64,000 nucleotides of DNA from Dimorphilus gyrociliatus (GCA_904063045.1 CAJFCJ010000007.1:1991404-2055403); one strand, 5' to 3'. Counted from the stretch's first letter, positions 25,558-39,190 are shown. Program-made: numbers and translations. Notes: generated by a model from the letters alone, not told the origin.

Positions 25558-28396
25558 TTAAAATGTTATTGGTCGTGGACAATGTAATCCTGAGACTGAT
25601 TCAACTAGAGGTGGATCATGGATTTCTTTGTCAGCCTTTGAGGTTTGAAGAACATGATGGATTGTAAATTTCTTGGATATTTCAACTTGAGATAGTATTT
25701 GAATTATTTGCCTTTATAAAATATAATTGACAGAATTAGTACAATACGTATATCTTAAAATTCGTATACGATTACCTATGATTTGAAGGAATGACATCTT
25801 GTGTTTTAAAGTCACTTCTAGTAGTGGTGACATTAGTGCTCTCTTTCGAGTCACATACCACACAAATATTATTCTCCGATTTATTTTCGACCATTACGAT
25901 GATGCCAGACCAATTTTTTGAAACGTAATAAGCATGTACACTATTTTTAATAATCTGCTTTCTGTTGCAATCGCCGCTCCTATACTTTTCTAAAATCATT
26001 TGAATCAATGCATCAGCTAGAATTCCTTCTGCATTCGGTACTTTTAGGCAACATAATCTAGCTCGTCTCGAAAAAAAACAGGAAAGCCTTCCCTCTATAT
26101 GCGAATCTCTGGCATTTGAATTCCACCGATTAAAACTGCAGCACAGCACAAAATAACTTCCAGGCTTCAAATTTGCATCACAATGAACAAACGGCGAAAT
26201 TTTTCTTTTCGAGGACTTGACTGCTGATTTAAATTTAACTTTATTTGCCGAAATTCTCTCAATAATTATAATACAAAGATCCCTTGAGTCTTTCTCCCCT
26301 GGCCTAAGAAAATAAATTGCATTCGATAAGACAAAACTGACAAGCCGTAAAAAATAATATTCTAAAACAATTACGCTCTATCGCATGGGAAAATAGTAAG
26401 ATCAACATCAGTTGATTCTTCAACAGTTAGGGTGCATAAATGAATTTCCGTTGTTGAACAGGTATTTTTTACAATGTTATAACCGACAGTTTCGGAGTTG
26501 TGATTAGGCATATATTTGCAAATATCGACAGAGTCAAAATACCTGTATGAAAAAATTTCAACAAATGTTAGAACGGGAAAATTTTCAATCACTAAATTAA
26601 TGGAATACTACGAAATTAAAATTGAACATACTGTATAAAATTTCTAAAACACTTACTTCATAAAATCTTCTTGAGATATGCAAAATTCTCCTTGTTGAAA
26701 ACCTTTATTGAGTGTTGAATGTTCATAAACTCCATTCCATAGTGGGGAATTTCTTGACCAGTCACCATTCCATTCGAAGCGTCCCCACGGATTACGCAAT
26801 TTCAATAATCGAACTGATGAGTTTACATTGAATGTCTTTACCTCTTCTACATCTAAAACAGAGTAAGCATGTCGAGGTCGAAGACCCACTGTGTCATATT
26901 CTTCATCTCTCAGATTCATATTACGACCTCCGCAAGAAGCTCCCATTAAGTACCTAGATTTTGGGATATAATTAATATATCAGACTTATTCAATTAATTT
27001 GATGAAAAGAAGAATTCTGACCCTTGATCTTTGGCACTAAGAAGAGTTGCCCAAACTAACCCCCTGTCAACCTCGGTTTCTACACCACCTGAATCTATGA
27101 TATTTATATCTGGTTATTACTGGAGTGTTTCTTTGTTATTGAATATGACTTACTTTCATTTTGCAAACTAATTGACCAGCAAGGAAATCCTGTTAAGGTT
27201 GACAAACCTTGCAAGCATCTCCCGTTAACAAGGGCTTCGTAGCATCCGAAAGCCTTCGCTGTGGCTTTCTCTATTAAAGGTACCCACAATTGCTTTGCTT
27301 TCGCTTGACTATACAGTAATCTTCCATTTTCGTCACACGGCAAGAGATCGTCAATTACTACTGTTGTCCACTTGCCCTGGATAAACAATCTTACTTGATA
27401 AACTCCCTCGGGACAAAATTCTTGACTAATCATGATGTTTTTTATTAATTGATTATATTCCGTGACAACTGCTAAAGCACTGAGAAACCAGCAATTCCCT
27501 AAATAGCCTTGAATTATATCTGAGGCCGATGCTATTTTATTAGGTTGAAAAACTGTCCATCTTTGATCTGATTCTTTCATCACTCTTGAAGGTCTAAGCC
27601 ATTGTTTTGCCGGATCTTCCTTCTGAGGTCCTGAATACACCCCTGAAATATATAAAGATTTTGCTCCAGGATAGAATGAAGCGTCAGTGAAAGGGTCTCT
27701 AAAGTTGCGACATGTTTTAATTATTCGATTTAAAATTTCTCTAGACTCTTGTTCGTCTTCTTCTCGTTGTTGTTCAACTGATGTGCTAACGTCAGAGTCT
27801 GATATTAATTCAGCCATCGTGTTTGTGGAATTCTTTCTAGTTAAGCAAATAGGGCATTTGAGAACATTCGCTTTGTACTGTGCTGTGCATACAGAACAAG
27901 TCTCTACATTTCGAGAATCTGCTTCCCAGTTCACACCTATACTTATTGTTTCTTTCTTGACATACAATTCACTTTTGCTAGCTCCACATATATCACAGTT
28001 CGTAGCAAAATAAGGACTTCTTCCATTACACTGAGAACAGGTCAGGTCCTTTGTCTTGTCATAGCAAGGCAGTATTTTTCTGATTGCCAAGGATTTGGAA
28101 CCTGATGGTGAATAGTTATTAATAGCAGACGTTTCGCATATAAAACACTTATGATGTTTAACATCATTGTGAAAGGTACACTTCGAACAAGCCCACTTAT
28201 TTGTATTTGCGTTTGGTTTGATGGCATGACATGAATCGCATGTCAATTCATTACTGTTTAAAAGTTCGCAATTGCCACACTTCCAGATGCATTCCAGGGA
28301 TTTCTGGGAACCACCACAGAAATAGCAACATGTAGTATCGATGTCGTTGGCTTTTGAGCAAATTTGACAATACCAAATATCTACCACACGAGCCAT
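25558..28396 (-). CDS. CAPN15: Calpain-15 / small optic lobes (SOL)
   Basis: Five RanBP2-type zinc fingers. CysPc domain with catalytic Cys (QGYLGNCWFLSALAV), His (HAYSVL) and Asn (LRNPWG). SOH domain and C-terminus SGLHCPRPITF*. ATG at 28396 (MARVVDIWYC). Confidence 0.95.
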
Positions 28397-29996
28397 ATTT
28401 GATCTGTTGGTGCTGAAGAGATAGAAATCCTCCAAAATATAAGCGTATCAAATCATGTATAATTTAATCAGCGTTGTAGTATGTTATATCGTTTTATGAT
28501 AGTCATCTAAAAGCAATCATAAAGATAAACAGACCCGTAAAACAGCCGAAAAACCAGTTTATCATTTGGAAGCTTCCAATTCCCAATTGAACACTGCCTG
28601 AAAACTGGTATAACACTTAGATTTTTTATAATGTTTTACCAATTGAGGATTATAGATTTTTTTGACATGGAATAAATAAGAAAATAAATCCACTTGTTTT
28701 ATTTTTATAAAGTATCACTCAAAGGCAATAAAGTTTGATTTTACAACTTAATCATTATACTGGTTAGAATTATGTATATAATGATTTTCCTGGTTATGTG
28801 CCCAACTTTTTACATAGAATTTTTGTACTTTTAATTATTTCTGATAAAACTACGAATTGTTTGTCAATATAGGAAGGAAAATGGATAGTACTGCAGACAT
28901 ATCTGCGTAAAAAGTAATGACACAAATGCAGTAAGATAATATCGCTCAGTGCATACGGAAATTAATTTCAAATACAAATATATTGGATTACGAGCAATAT
29001 AACTGTTATGATATTAGTTTTCGAGGAATGGCAAAAGCCAAATAGAGAGAAATTTCAAGCAGTAACTGACGCTTTTCCTATATTTCAGAATTGTTTATTT
29101 GATTTCATTGAAAGACTAATAAAGTTTCGATATATATCTTAGTATATACAAACGAACATATACCGATACTTTATTTCCCTCAAACTAAAGAATTTAATCA
29201 ATAATGAGAATGATATCGAGAAATTAGTATCAAATGTAAGAATTTGATGAAAACCTGGTATCAAATGAAATTCCCTTAAGAATGACGGATTCCTATTAAA
29301 ATTTCTAATGAAGCCATCTTTCTACGATTTATATTTTGATATAACTGCTTATGGCGTTTAATTAAGAAAAAGCGTTATATGTAACAATTATATTTGTCAA
29401 TGTATTGGCTAATAGTATTGTGTGCTAAACGCAAAGAAAAAAAACATGTTTGTCTAACGTTCGACCATCGTTTTTTATGACGCTCGTTTTCCGTGTTGTT
29501 CATCGATTAAAGTCGGATTCAGTTTCAACCTAATTCTATTCACGTGGAAAGCTCAGCTGGCAGGTGCTATCAACATATTAGCATTTAATGGCTCTTCTTA
29601 TAGGAATAAATATGAATGGGCTTTCAAGTTGTAGTAAAAATAGGTAGTATGTATCTACTGGTAGCGATTATCCTTACAATTTTTCCGAATCAATCTCATT
29701 AATATCTAAGTAAATGAAATTGCTCTTAAATAGTACTTATGGGTTATATTAGTTCTGCAAACGGATACGAATAAAAAGAGGGATAAAATTATTATGTCTA
29801 TCTAAATCATTATTTATTAAAGATGATTACACCAATATTTTTCATTTAATATAAAAATAATTAAACTAATGCATATTACTTTGTTAAAATCTTGAATTGC
29901 AATTTCTAAATTAAGTAAAAAAGATTTGGAGAAAAACCGATTACAATCCATTTCTTGTTAACGTTGTTAAACCAAGTTTTATGTACTATTTAAGTT

Positions 29997-31904
29997 CTAT
30001 TCGTTATCATATATTTCTATTGTATCAATTTGTTTCGAGGCAGGATGTTCAATAGAATATTTTAGTAAGCAGGCTTTCTCTTTTCCACTACCTAGATCGA
30101 ATTCCCATTCAATGTTGTTTTGCTTATTTATTCTGATAGGCTTAGAATAATCCACTTTTTCCTGGGGTCCAAGTTTTAAACCGCAAGGCTCTATAAGATT
30201 GACTTTTATTTCATCGTCCACAGATTGGGGAACTCTATCTATAACTGTAATATGTATTGGAAATGCCTTTGTGTTCTTAACAACAATATTTTGTGAATAT
30301 GTTGTCATAGTCGATCTGTGCACCCATCCAGTTCTTTCTTTGAATTTTTGTTCTGGTTTGAAATCAATGCGAACTGATAAATCTCTTCCTAAATCGCAGC
30401 TGAACTCTTCCTTTGGTGAGACCGCTTTGAAATCCGTTTTTGCAACGAAATTGTTGTCAAAGAAAATATTACCTTTTCCGGGGAAAAATGCGTAGTCTGA
30501 GTTGTTTGTAACCTTGGCTATTAGGTAGGCATGAGCTGCTTTCCTTGGTACGGTCTTATATTGAAATTGAGCTTGCAAATCCAATACTGCAATGCAGACC
30601 TTGTGCTCAACTTGGTCCGATGGTATAGTAGCAGGCTTCGAAACTTCAAACGTTGTGCTAGTTAAATATTCATTTACTTCTGCACTCTCTTCACACATTT
30701 CCAAAATTTCGCTGGTGTCATGTGAAGCATATGAAGCTCTGGATCTAGATTTTTTTAACGCCACACTGGTCATCATCATTCTAGCTGGGGGAGGTAAACC
30801 CTTACTTTCTACAGTAGCAAAAGAAAAGATAATCAAACATATAACACCTTCAATAAATATTTGTATATAACTTACTAGTTCTTTCCTCATAAGGCACGAA
30901 CCTAAAATAATATTAAAAAGAATAAATAATCATGCTATATAGCTTATTAATCTAATACTCATTAAATAAAAACAAACATACTTAGGTTTTAGACTAAGTT
31001 GAAAATTGCCAAGCTTAGGGAGATTGCCACCTATAGAGGGTGTAGCAGATGAAAGAAAAACTTGACAAGCGTTCCAATCTTCTTCGGTTGTTTGTTTTAT
31101 CAAGCCATAGTAGTGTATCTAAAAAGGAGTGGTATTCTATTAGGATGATTAAAATTTGTGAATCCGACTTACCTTTAGAGTTTGATCAATCGAACTAACA
31201 CGTATATCGTACTTCGGTTTCCAGGAAGCATTCATTACAACGTAACTTATCATAATTTCGATATCCCCTTCCGCTGCACCATCAACATATATTGACAATT
31301 GACGAGTCTTTGTTTTAGTCACTTTGTGAAATAGATTAGATATTTTCTCTCTTAATTTTCTCTCTTTTTCTCTGCACTCTTCTATTTCTCTGTTTGTATC
31401 CAATATTCCCGTACTAATCTTTTCCATAGATGTTCCATAAGAGTTTACAAAGCTGACAAATGATGTTACGAATTCCTCATTAAAATTTTTATCTTTTTCT
31501 GGTATGTTTTTTCCAAAATTTTCGAGAACATTCTTTTGACTTTGAAGGGTTTGTGCAGATTTTTCCAAGTATGCAATTTTTTGTGTAAGCTCTTTTAATT
31601 CGTTTTCTAATTCGGCTTTTTTAATATCCGCCTCATTTCTCTTCTCTTCTTCTACTTTCTCTAAGCAAGTTCGATCGGTTTTCACGATTACATCAACAAT
31701 AGAACCATGACCTTTTCCTTCAACTCTAAGAGACTCACTATCCAAATACTCACTTAGTTCTTTAATAACAATTTCGTTTTCTCCTTTTCCGATCTTCGTA
31801 GATAATTGACGGGTCACTTCCGCTCTATCCAAAAAGACAACGACTTTAACAGTTTCCAACTTGTGCATTAAAATATCACTTTTTGCATTTGTTTCTTCGG
31901 CCAT
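29997..31904 (-). CDS. DUF4140/DUF4139 domain protein (C. elegans F37C4.5-like)
   Basis: N-terminal VKVVVFLDRAEVTR...LDSESLRVEG, coiled-coil, SYVVMNASWKPKYDIRV, YYGLIKQTTEEDW, then C-terminal TIPSD..HKV, PRKAAHAYL and FSCDLGRD. Spliced. Confidence 0.88.
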
Positions 31905-32974
31905 TTTGTTCAGGTTTCTATCCGATATTGTCTGAGAATGAATCAGCTATAGTGATATTATGAAATATTGCTTATCACGTGATTTAGTAGAAGTATTTCA
32001 CATAGTAAATATTCCCTTTCGAAATGGCTGATTTACAACATGTATTGATCTGTAGATATTCTTAGATACGTATATAGGCCTATATAATGAGTACATTTCA
32101 AGTATTGTGAAAGGAAATAATGAAATATTATTGACTAATTGAAATAATTTCAAAGATTACTCATTTCCTCTATTTTCGATTTTAACTGTCTATCTGTTGG
32201 CATAACATTTCCACCATTTGTTTATATAGTAAACGATATAAAAGTTTATAAAGCTATTTTTTCGCCATCCACCAGCGTTAATTCATAAGGAGACGGAATG
32301 AAAGAAGAAAAAAAATCTAATCTTTCCATCGTCCGCCGTCACGATTCTGTAGGGTTTCTTGTCGTCTTCGTTTGCAGCTTGTATCACGAACGTGCAACGT
32401 TTAGTAAATTGGATTATTATGTTAATAGTGTTATTACGAAAGTTTACGTATGGTAAATTATATACGAATTCGTCACGCACAGTACATTCACATTGACATA
32501 ATACTCGTAAAGGCCAAAGAGATCACAAGTCTGCCTAATTTTATAGTCTGGCGCCATATCTTCTTCCGTGTTTGGCATCAATTTAACAAGAACGATCCGG
32601 TCCCTATTTAACCATTTGCCACCAATTCAATAATCGAGTGCTATATATTTCGCTATTGCCTTTGCGTGCAATTGCTCAGAATTCATTAATTTTTCTCTTT
32701 TAGTCTTACCAAAAGCGTAACCTACAAAGACTACGATTTCATATAAAATTGTCGTTAATTATTCACAAAGCCACTACTAATACCATTGCATAATGTATAT
32801 AGAACGTTTTATCGCTTATTACATAACTTATATAGATAAATACATAAATGAGAGCTCAGCTGCTAGTGCCGCGTCACGTGACTTAAAAGCAAGGCACACT
32901 GGGTAATAGGGCTATGTTGGCGTTTACAGACCGTCACTTAGTTGCGTCACTGCGGCGTCTAATGGATAAACACA

Positions 32975-35024
32975 ATGACTAGCATTCTGTATGAATTTTC
33001 GTTTGGAATAATTTTCTTCAGCTTGGTAAATTTAAACTCAGGTATGGTGCTTTATTTCATATCTTCTAAAGATAGAAGCGGTTGCTTTCTCATCTCTCCT
33101 CTCTGCGGAGAAAAAAGTTGCAGTCTTGGCATAAGTAATATGTGAAAATTTATTTTTTACAGTTTGCTCAGATGAAATTTGTACCGGAGAGAAATTTAAT
33201 GCTAATTGCGGGGCAAACAAAATTATAAAAGCGAATGAGGCTTATTACGGAAGAATGTCTATAGAAAGTAAATGCGTGCTGTCAAATGCTATGGGTAACC
33301 TCGGCTGCCGAACAAACATTCTTCCGTTCATAGACTGGCTTTGTTCTGGCAGAAGAAGTTGTTCCTCATATGTACCTCACGCGAAAATGAAAATAATGAA
33401 TGGAATAACACGAGCCTGCAACGAAGAACTGCAAAGCTACTTAAAGGTGGAGTACGACTGTGTGGAAGGTAATATTCCATTGTTCGAAAGCAACGGCACG
33501 CGACGGTGGCGAATGCCGTACATTGATTAGACCCAAGGCGATTATAATGAGTGTAAGCTTGATTGCCTTACGCCAAGAACGTGCCACGTGCCTTAGGGGT
33601 TTCATAAAAGGAAATATACTAAGCAAAGAATGTATTCATTTAAAAAAAAACTTTTGTGCTCGTGTACTGGATAAGTGGATATCATGCACCATTACACAGA
33701 ATATTCATGCATTCTATACAACTACAAAGAAAACAAAAAAGAAAACTTATATTTATTTAAGATGTATTTGCAGCTTTACAGTGCCGGGATATGCGCTCCA
33801 CTATGACATTATCATCAGAAAAGGGCAACTTAGTTGCTTCCTCCTCTTACGATTGTCGCTACAAGATCAAAGCTGCCCAAGTTCACCATCGGATTCGATT
33901 AACCTTACTCGACTTTACTGCCTTTAGAACGAATGGTTCCTGGAGCAATACCAAATATCGACATAACTCCAAAGTTCTTTTCACGGTCTCCGACCAAAGT
34001 ACCAACCAACGATATACAAGTACCATGCAAAGGAGATCAGTAGTTTACGTTAGTGAAAGACCGGAAATTGACGTCAGCATTATGAAACTGGAACGGGAGT
34101 TTGGAAGCTTTATCTTGCAATACGAAGGTTTCATTCTATTTTTAATTTTTCCTTTAGTCAGTATAGCTGTATCTATTTCTCTTAGTCTTTTATATTGAGT
34201 GTGTTAATTTAACTCATTATCTCCTTTAATGTAAATTAGGTCGAGGTTAATTATTTCCTCTAAGATAAGGTATGCATTAATGCGTGTACTCGATAATTCA
34301 TCTTAAACTCTCCGGGCAGCAGTAATAATTGAATTTTTTTTTTAATTAAAAAAATGTAGCAATCGGCTGCAAAAGATTACAAGAAGATCCCAAATACTTG
34401 TATAAATATGGTGAATTAAAAGTGTCAATCAGCTGCAAGGATAAAGATATCTTAACTATTTTCGAATGTAAAGGAGTTGACTGGATTGGAGAATACCCAA
34501 ATTGCGTTTCGGAAGTTAAAGAGAAAGTTTTTGATATACCCTACGGTAAATAATGAAAATGAAATATTAGCAGAAAGAAACACTAATAAGTGTATGTTTT
34601 TCTTTTCAAAAAAATGCAGGCGTATTAGTGTCTATCATTATTGCGGCGTCTTTAATCTTGGGGGTTGTTATTCTCGTATGCGGACTCGTTTTTCTACAGT
34701 GGTGAGTGAAAGAAAAATAGACTCTTTTAAGTAAATTATAAGGAACGAATAATAAATACTTTCCATTCCTATTCATGTAGGCGTCGAAATAAAGAAATAT
34801 ACAAGGAAACTACTTTAAGAAAACCGATTGGTGCTCGTAAACTTGCACAGCAGCAAAAAGAAGGAATTTCACAAAACGAACCCCTGTATAATGAATACTC
34901 TAGGATAGACTACCAACAGGTAGCGCCTCGAGAGGTTTGTCCCCACCGACCGATCTATTATGAATTGGACACTTCTTCCAAATCGGGCCGAGAAAACGGC
35001 TGCGACACTCGCGTAACCGTATAA
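32975..35024 (+). CDS. SUEL-CUB-like-sushi-like single-pass receptor, paralog 2
   Basis: Signal exon MTSILYEFSFGIIFFSLVNLNS (32975-33041). SUEL exon (C..F...C...AYYGRM...C...GC...CSGRRSC...YLKVEYDC), CUB-like exon (RIRLTLLDF), sushi-like exon ending DIPYG, TM exon GVLVSIIIAASLILGVVILVCGLVFLQW, and a Tyr-rich tail ending RVTV* (stop 35022-35024). Confidence 0.85.
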
Positions 35025-35742
35025 GTAAGTATCGTATACAAACAATATACTCTATTTATATACTTTTATTTATATATGCAATTTATGTTTATATTGGTAA
35101 ATATGCGTAATGAAAGTGAAATATGTATTTTATAAATATACTTTTTCCAAACAATTAACTCTACAATGTATACCCTAAAAAGACGAATAGAATGAATTAA
35201 CATATCAAGCAACAAGTATATACATTTCCGTGATCAATGAGACCGGTGCCGGAATAAAAAGCAAGAAAAAGTTGTACAAACATTATTTCACACACTCGAT
35301 TGATTTAACATCTGCTATTGCTTTTATCATTGGCCCTGTTGTTGTAATGCTTTTATACAGCAGGGGCGCGTAACAGCATACGTGCGCATTCGATTATTAC
35401 GAGAGGAGAGAGGCGTTAAGAGAATTAACTGCTAATCCGTTTTCGAATTGAAAAGAGAGCGCTACTGACGACTCTCAACAACCACTCTTCGCACAGCTTT
35501 CGTACAGAAATCAAAGGATTGATCAACTGCTTTCTTCACTCTACAGTCTCAGACTTCTCATCTTTCATATTCTTCTATCTACTATTCAATATTCAACAAT
35601 AATATTACTTTCCAAATAATACTTCTGTAATATACAACAGCAATAGATTGTTCTTTTCACTGTGGAAAAGAGACACCTTCGCTTTCAAATTATTTTCTCA
35701 TTTGGATTGCTTATAATGTGAAACGATTCTAGAAGAGGAAGG

Positions 35743-37885
35743 ATGCTTATAGTCACCGTGTTACTCGTCTTCGTAAACTTCACGTTCGCATCGGGTGGTA
35801 AGTACGTTTCTTGTTTTCTTTTCCCACGATCTATTTTACCCCCAGCGTGTGTTACTCGTTTGTTAGACTTACATGTTTTTTTTATACATTGGATGTAGGC
35901 TGAATGCAAATTAATGTAAATATGCGAACACGCTAATTTAACTATTAAATCCATAAAAAGGAAAGAAATCGTGATCGTTTGACAAGACAAATAACCCTAA
36001 GTAGAAATAAAATGATGACAATAACGAAAAAACAATCAAATAAAGTCAAATAGGCCGATAAAACACATGAGAAAAAGACTAAAACTAAAAAATAGCTAAT
36101 ATATACAATAGAGTGGGGAGAAGGGGCAGTTCTAAGTACATCTCTATAGCATAAAACGTACTCTTCCCGCTGAAGTCTATAATTTTTCAATTATTTGCCT
36201 CGAGTCGCTGGGTACGTAGCTAATTTCCTGACAAGCTGCGAAGCTTTGCGAGGGAACATTGAATAAAATTCTCTCGAGAGAACTACGGCCTTAATAACGA
36301 ACGACAACTATATAGAGCCTGTCGTGGCCCGGCCTCTCGGAAACAACAGCAGCACGCAAGCCGTGGCATGAAAAAAACATTCTTTTTCTTTCCCAACTCT
36401 CCCTCCCTCTCTGTCTTGTTCTAATCTGCTTTTATTCTTATTCGAGTTTATCTTTTCTTTCTTTCATCTTCATGTTTATTTATTTCTCGTTTACTTATTG
36501 TGAACTCGTTACCTTTTTCGCCTTTTTAAAGGAATGTTCGATGAGAAATGCCATGGCCAGATAATCTTCAATTGTTCAGAACAATCAGTAATAATTATGA
36601 AGCAAGCTCGCTATGGACGGATGGAAGATAGTAAGTGCCCAATAGGTTCAGATGGTATCGGATGTTGGGCCGACGTTATGCCAATTTTAGCTAGCAGATG
36701 TTCTGGCAGGGGTAGCTGCACTGCAATACCAACTGACCAAATGGTTGAATTTAAAAAGAACAATACAAAAGGGAATCAGAAATGCAGTCCTCTACAACTA
36801 CAAGATAATTTAAGAGTGGAATATGAGTGTCAGCAAGTGGTCCTCCCGTCCAAAAGTGCCGCCTGCGTCATCGATGATAAGAGATTCGGCAATATTTCTT
36901 CTCATCACTCCCGTTTATCTGGGTGCGGTTTTGATACGAATCCAATTCTTATTCAACCACCTACTGATAAACATGAGATAACTATGAAATTAATATATTT
37001 TGGCCGATCGCAAAACAATCTTTTGGGTTTTACTAAAGATTTAAATTCTGGTGAGCTAAAATCTATACATGACTCCTCATCAATTCTTTTGGAGAAAGTC
37101 AAAAGCAGAATAGAAATTTCGTTCACGGAGTCCGTTAAAAAGGGACATTTGAAGGACGTCAATTTTCTAGTCTCATTTCAAGGTTCGCATTTTAACTTAT
37201 TCCCACCAGAAGGAAACAAAACGTACAATAAATAATGAAATCACATTTGTGCCATGTTTCAGTTGTGAAAGATTGCGAGCCGATTCGCGTGGATGACGAC
37301 CAATTGGTAACGCGAGTCGGATCGACGTTGATCATACGGTGCAAGACGACCGATCAGGAATGGAAGATAGAATGTATCAGATCGACTTGGTTCGGTGATC
37401 GGGGTGAATGCGCGAAAAGTGAAGCTTCCGCTTCGAAAGGTTTTAATGGCATACCGTATGGTAAAGCCTCTTTTTTTCTTTTCTACCCATATCGATCAAT
37501 TTTATAATTAACGACCTTTTCATTCCACTCGACAGAAGTCTCTATTGCAATTATCATAGGCGTCGCGCTCATAATTGGCGTTATTGTTCTCATATCGGGA
37601 TTATTGTGTCTACAATGGTAAGCATACGACAAGTTCGTTTTATGCGAAGTCTCCCAATAAACAGCTACGCGAAACAAGCTTAATAAAACTGTCGCAATTG
37701 CTTAGTATAAATTATAAAACAACGCCTTCTTCCTAAACAGGCAGAGACAAAAGAATCTTCGAGCTCAACAGGCTATCTACGCAAGTACAAAGGCGACATC
37801 TAACGATTACCCGGAAAACCTTTACGCAACTATAGCTGACTGTCCGAACTGTAGACAGGAAAAAAATCATCAAAGACATTTATAA
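35743..37885 (+). CDS. SUEL-CUB-like-sushi-like single-pass receptor, paralog 3
   Basis: Signal exon MLIVTVLLVFVNFTFASG (35743-35797, phase 1, GTAAGT donor). SUEL+CUB-like exon (ARYGRM, CSGRGSC, LRVEYEC), sushi-like exon ending GIPYE/G, TM exon ending GLLCLQW, and tail with ENLYATI (stop 37883-37885). Confidence 0.85.
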
Positions 37886-38392
37886 TACGTACTTTTTTTA
37901 TTATTAATTTACATAAGGATTCCAAAATTTTTATGCATATCTAATATTTAACATTTACTCAAATAAATATATTAACACTTAATTACTATTATTATAAATT
38001 GTCCGTTATTGGATTCCTTTTTATATATTTCCCTCTCGCTAAATGGAAAGATCAAAGGTGTTACGTGCTTTACTGAATGTTTAGCAACACTACTCACTCG
38101 TTACACGAAAGTGATTGACGACGCTTGAAGATGTCGCTTGATAACGCTGGGCTTACGCCTATTGTTTTTTTTCCTACTCAAGATTTTCTCAATAGAATCA
38201 AAAGAAAGTTACTCCATTGTTTTGAGGGTAAAACATTGCTGGCCATTTACTCATGACCCCGTGTATATATTGTCTAAAATGTTCTTCTAATCCATATCTC
38301 CTCTGTGTGACCAAAGAGACAAGTGGCCTTTTTCGCTTTTATTCGTTTTTTTTTTCGTGCTTTTTCTACCAGATACATTCTACAAGATTAAA

Positions 38393-39190
38393 ATGGATAA
38401 CGATTCGAACACCGAAATTTTCCGATCCGATTGCATGGGAGACGTAACATCAACACCTCGATTTCCGATAAATTATAACGATTTAAATACTTATACACCT
38501 AATTCTTTTACATCTGATTATTTTTCTTTTTCATCTAGCTCACCATATGAGTCACCAGTCGATTTTCCTGATATAATGGATGAGATTGAGCGAGAAAAGA
38601 GTTCCTCCTACCAAATAGTTCTCGAGTTAGGAAGAAATATATCACCGTTAACTAATCCGGATTGCGAAGTTCTACTGGAGCAATACGTCAGGCAAACGCA
38701 CGAATCCAACGATGATTTTTACGTACCAATCGATGAAAATGGATCATTTGTATTTCCTGCCTTGATGGATGCCCTAACCGACCCGGCCGCGGAAAATTCT
38801 GTACCTCTTTGCGTGACGCCGCAGGAGAAAATGTTTAAGCAGCCAAGATTACAAGATTCGAAACCTCCTAAAGCAAGAAATCGTGGTGGACGCTCTTACA
38901 CACAGATTCAATTGTTGGCAGAGGCGGCACTGCGAACGGAAGAAGCTTTATCGTTACAACAATTATTTGATGCAGTTGTGGAAATGCATCCGGAAGTGAT
39001 AGAACGTTATCAAGTTCCCCAGAAACTTCGAGAAAGTCTTAAGCATTGCTTATGTACATGTAAAGGCTTTGTGAAGGGTGAAAGAAGTGGCAGGGGCAAT
39101 TTGTGGACCGTTCACCCGGCAGCTAAGAAATTATTCAAAAAAGGAATATTCGCAAAAAAAGCTATCGATGCAGCTGTGTTTCGTTATTAA
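38393..39190 (+). CDS. Divergent forkhead (winged-helix) domain protein
   Basis: Single coding exon. The C-terminal domain RSYTQIQLLAEAAL...LSLQQLFDAV..MHP...LRESLKHCLCTCKGFVK..RSGRGNLWTVHP....F..G.F follows the Fox spacing (SY..LI..AI / LTL.EIY / SIRHNLS / CFVK / GKG.YW). Ser/Asp-rich N-terminus. Confidence 0.75.
   Translation: MDNDSNTEIFRSDCMGDVTSTPRFPINYNDLNTYTPNSFTSDYFSFSSSSPYESPVDFPDIMDEIEREKSSSYQIVLELGRNISPLTNPDCEVLLEQYVRQTHESNDDFYVPIDENGSFVFPALMDALTDPAAENSVPLCVTPQEKMFKQPRLQDSKPPKARNRGGRSYTQIQLLAEAALRTEEALSLQQLFDAVVEMHPEVIERYQVPQKLRESLKHCLCTCKGFVKGERSGRGNLWTVHPAAKKLFKKGIFAKKAIDAAVFRY

Noticed and set aside
28880-29260. Short plus-strand frames (for example MILVFEEWQKPNREKFQAVTDAFPIFQNCLFDFIERLIKFRYIS*)
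   Set aside because: Could not be spliced into a coherent gene with plausible intron lengths. More likely CAPN15 upstream sequence.
32283-32480. Minus ORF of 65 aa and overlapping plus frame of 53 aa
   Set aside because: No family similarity. It lies in the divergent promoter region between the DUF4139 gene and SUEL paralog 2.
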